64,000 nucleotides of DNA, taken from NCBI RefSeq assembly GCF_902459465.1, contig NC_047077.1:6696001-6760000 (forward strand), written 5' to 3'. A program made the translations under genes and the position numbers. Of the stretch, positions 60,161-64,000 are shown piece after piece (position 1 is the stretch's first letter; the number at the start of each line of letters is the position of its first letter). The stretch comes from Asterias rubens (Eukaryota). Under the pieces are notes generated by a model, which saw nothing but the letters and a program-made list of their open reading frames with translations, was not told the DNA's origin and searched no databases.

Positions 60161-63100
60161 TTATTGAAGTCTACAGTCTTGGCAAAATGCTTGGGCAGGG
60201 CCACTCATTCGCAACGTGACTACATTCTCTCCCCCGTCCCTCCGTTCAATGTTGTCAAGAGCACGAGAGCCAACATTGAAAGGGAGGGAGCACAAGGCCG
60301 TGGTGCAGGGGCCCAACGAGATATGGCATAGTTTGTTGGTACATGTACATGTAACACAAGCATTAAATAACAAATGAAGTCAACAGTTTCCTTTAGCACT
60401 GAGCCTTTATTTAGTTTGAATAAATTATACATTTTTGGTTTGTTCACCTTTAACCTTTGCACATATTGATAACCATTAGCTTAGCCTCTTCACAAGCAGT
60501 AAAAACAATTCACACCTCCACAATAATGCATAGATGGACAGCAGATTTTAATATGAGATGCCTAAATGCATGGACATGGTAGTCTTGCTTCGAGACGCTA
60601 CATTCTCATTCACATTAAAATGAATGCTGATGTTATGGCCTATCAAACATGCACAACTGCTTTAGATGCTATTTCAATGTTTTAAAAATGGAAACTGGTC
60701 AAAGTTAATAAACCCCTTGCATATGACGTCACAAGCATAAACAGCGCCCTCACTGAGGTCAAAGGAAGACCTATCATCGCCTGAGTTTGTTTGACCTCGC
60801 AGCAATGCCAGCCAATGCCAGGAGTCCATTTCGGGAGATAAACAATCTCGTTTAAATTCACATTGACAAAAACCCAACAATGATCCTTTTGAAGTGAAAC
60901 CCGAAATTCTAGGTGCAACTCGCACAACAACATCCAGTTATTTTTGTTTAGGGTAAATATAAAATAACTATGGAAATAACCTCCAGTTAAAAATTGATGT
61001 CACAATGCAAATCCATGGTGTATGCGCAATATGGCCGCCTAATTTGTCTGCTAACCTGTGAAATACACTTACACCGTAGCAAATTTGCTCACCGCTTAGC
61101 AGCGCTATAAATTGGGCTTGGAGGTAGCTATGCAAAGGTTGCCCCAAAACATTTGACATAGCCTGTCTCTATAGTGTAGTTTGAGGAATTCAAATGTAAT
61201 TAGTAACTTGTGACTATTAAGTAAGTCATTCTACAAGACTTTATTAAATCCAACTCCCAATGAGATTGGGCTAGATTGTTTGCTGTTTTCACAAGTAGTT
61301 TTAGCTGGTCTCTGCTGTCCATTTATGTCCATTTATGTTATTAATGTCTGACCACACAATTTATAACTGATCCGGCATTACGTTTCGATAAAGCTATATT
61401 TATCAAATATGCAATCGTTTTACTTGGATACATGTCAGGTATTTAATAGTACATGTTAAAATTGCTACAATATATACATGTACATGTTTAAAACAAATTT
61501 GCCAATATACAAATACTTAATATAACAGTATTTTTAAAACTGCATTTAATAAACAATTTTCTGGTACTCAAGTATGTTTCACCATGGTTACACAGATAAA
61601 ATTTCCTCTTTGAGATACTAAACCTTAGGCAGCCATTTTGTCTTGTTCCCTGTAATCACAATGCATATTTAGGAATCAAGTCTCATAGGTACCAGCCTTT
61701 TTATGGGGGGGGATACAGAATATTATGTGTGAAAAGGTAGTAAACTTAATATTCTTGAATCTTTACAAAAGGGATATTGAATGAGTAAATTGAATTTACT
61801 TGTACCCCACACAGAGGCTCTTTGAATACTAACTCAAGATTTTCAACATTAATAGTATGGTTAAACTTTGTGTTTCATCCTAAAACCCATGAAGGTACAA
61901 TGACTACAAATGACTACAACCCACACACGAGCAAAAGAGCTTTCTATGAAACCCAAAACTGAACTTATTTACTTGGGTTTAAATTTGTTCACGCTGTTTC
62001 AGCCAAATTATTGAAGACAAGAAATTCTTTTGGGTGTTTTGCATGTATATAATACGTAGAAATCTTGTGTGATGGATATCGGCGCATTATAAATGTTCAT
62101 ATTATTATTGTTGTTATTATTATTAATATTATTTTTTGCGGTTCGAGTTATGATGTTTGACACAATTTTTCAAACATATGTCTGACTTACCAGCTAAGCT
62201 GCCAACATTTGCATTTTGCAATCAGGGAGGTTTTGTACAACAATCAGGCAGGTATTTAGAGTTACATGTACATTCAACATAAAATAAAGCAAGTTTTCAA
62301 ATTTGTTCATCAGAACATGTGTGTTGTAATGCATGTAAAAGAACCCAGTGCACTTATCAAAAAGAGAAGGGGCTCACCCCGGTGTTCCTGGCTGGATTGG
62401 CAGCATATTGCGCCACAGCACCTTGTAAAACATTACATGGTGCTATCAGAATTAGGTTTCATAATTCAAACGTAGTCCCACATCTTGCAGGAAATACTGT
62501 ATGCAACAGCGCCAGGAGCGTCACTGTGTGACGGACATGTGCGCTATAATATAAGAAGCCACAATTATTTGATTTAAACGTTGAAAGATTGATTTATTTT
62601 CAGGGAACTTTCTGCAGAATCAGGGAGACTTGGCAGTTCTGTATCAGTCAGAAATATTAATTTCGTTTGTGAGACATGCAGCTCATTCTAGTATAATTAT
62701 TGGATGTCTTACGTATTATATTTCAATGTGTATTTTGCTTCAAGCTTATTACATGTGTACAATATTACATTCACTATGCATCACAGGTATTTCAAATATC
62801 CAAGTTTAACTTTATGGTGACATAATAGTTGACGACTTGTCATGTGACACCTGAAGGCACCTACCATTAGTTAGAACTAATGATGCCATTTTTATAGGCC
62901 ACAAGTCGAACAAATTTATCAAAAGCTCTAAGCTCAAATAAAAATCCTGAATTATTGGTATTTCAATAATTTCAGTGATGAAGTTAATAGTTGACAGTCC
63001 CACTAATAGGAGACTTTCCAACGCTAGGTGGCAGCAGACATACCGGGTAAATTTCCATTGTTTACGTAGTTCTGAACATGCGCATAATTCTGAGAACAAT

Positions 63101-64000
63101 GGATTTACCCGGTAAGTCTGCTGCCCTCTATCGTCCCAGAAAGTCTCCCATTGGCATATTTTTGTCAACCACAGGTCGGCAAAATAGCTGTAATGTTTCA
63201 ATTAAAAAATGCATAAACACTTAACTTGCCAAATCCATTGTCACTTATACACCAAATGGCTTAAAAACTAAAACAATGTGTTGTCGAGGCAGTGCAACAT
63301 TTACTGATCTGTGTTGCAAGCAATTTGAAAGTGCCCGATGTTGCATTTGGCTTAAAATAATTCAACTGTACACACACACACACCTGAGAAACAACGTTTT
63401 TCGTGGGAGATACATGTACTTTGTTAATTTATTACCCAATCAAGATATGACGTTGCACTGACACGATGATAAAATGAAAGTCTAAAAATTGTGACTTATA
63501 AAGTAAAAAAATAAAAAGACTTTCGGCATTTCAGATGCAGGTTCGATGAACCAATTGGGAAAACACATTATTTGATAACGGAAGATAACTCTGTTATAAC
63601 AGTTAACATTAACAGGCTCAAGACAAAAGCCCAATTCAGAGGGCTGCTTAAGCAGCAAATATTGCTTAACAATTAGCTGCTAAGCAGAAATGAGCAGGAT
63701 ACCAGTCACAACTTGTACATGTTACATGGTAGTTTGGCTGGGTTTATTCTGGTAAGCAAAATTTTGTTGTACTTAACGACTTTTTGTTAGTAAAGCAGTT
63801 GGGCAACAATTGTTTGTTCATGAAATTGGATCAACATCCTTCTTTTAAAATGCTTTTAGCCTTCGAAAAAGAACTATGCTAGGGTCAAAATGTCCGACCA
63901 TTAAAAAAATTTTGTTTTGATAATGGTTACCAGTTAGTGCCTTTCTTAGCATGTATTGTTGACCAGCTGTATGAAAATTGTTATTGAATTGCACTCCATG

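Noticed and set aside
62812-63201. 129-aa minus-strand ORF
   Set aside because: It runs across a foldback repeat and shows no recognisable domain or splice context.

Overview
AT-rich, intron-rich animal genomic DNA. It is most likely an echinoderm, probably a sea star; this is inferred from the HYR-repeat gene and Deu/Nin-type SINEs. Three protein-coding genes can be built with canonical GT-AG junctions. (1) A minus-strand secreted HYR-repeat (hyalin-like) gene: a signal-peptide exon at 14663-14753 plus eight phase-1 HYR exons, running off the left edge. (2) A complete 7-exon ELP6 (minus, 17836-22642, 266 aa). (3) A complete 6-coding-exon EXTL3 (plus, 46038-53808, 942 aa). ELP6 and a plus-strand transcript, possibly the non-coding first exon of EXTL3, appear to share a compact divergent promoter near 22.7-22.9 kb. 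The rest is dense in MITEs (TTAA/Kolobok-like, Harbinger-like, MULE-like, hAT-like), tRNA-derived SINEs and tandem repeats. The most notable non-genic item is a Penelope-like pLTR insertion (35112-35404) with a 15-bp target duplication and a minimal type I hammerhead ribozyme motif. Other items of note are duplicated splice-acceptor fragments in the HYR gene, template-switch footprints and two decayed coding-like relics. There is no evidence for a CRISPR array, tRNA or rRNA gene, or autonomous transposon. All calls are by eye; no searches were run.
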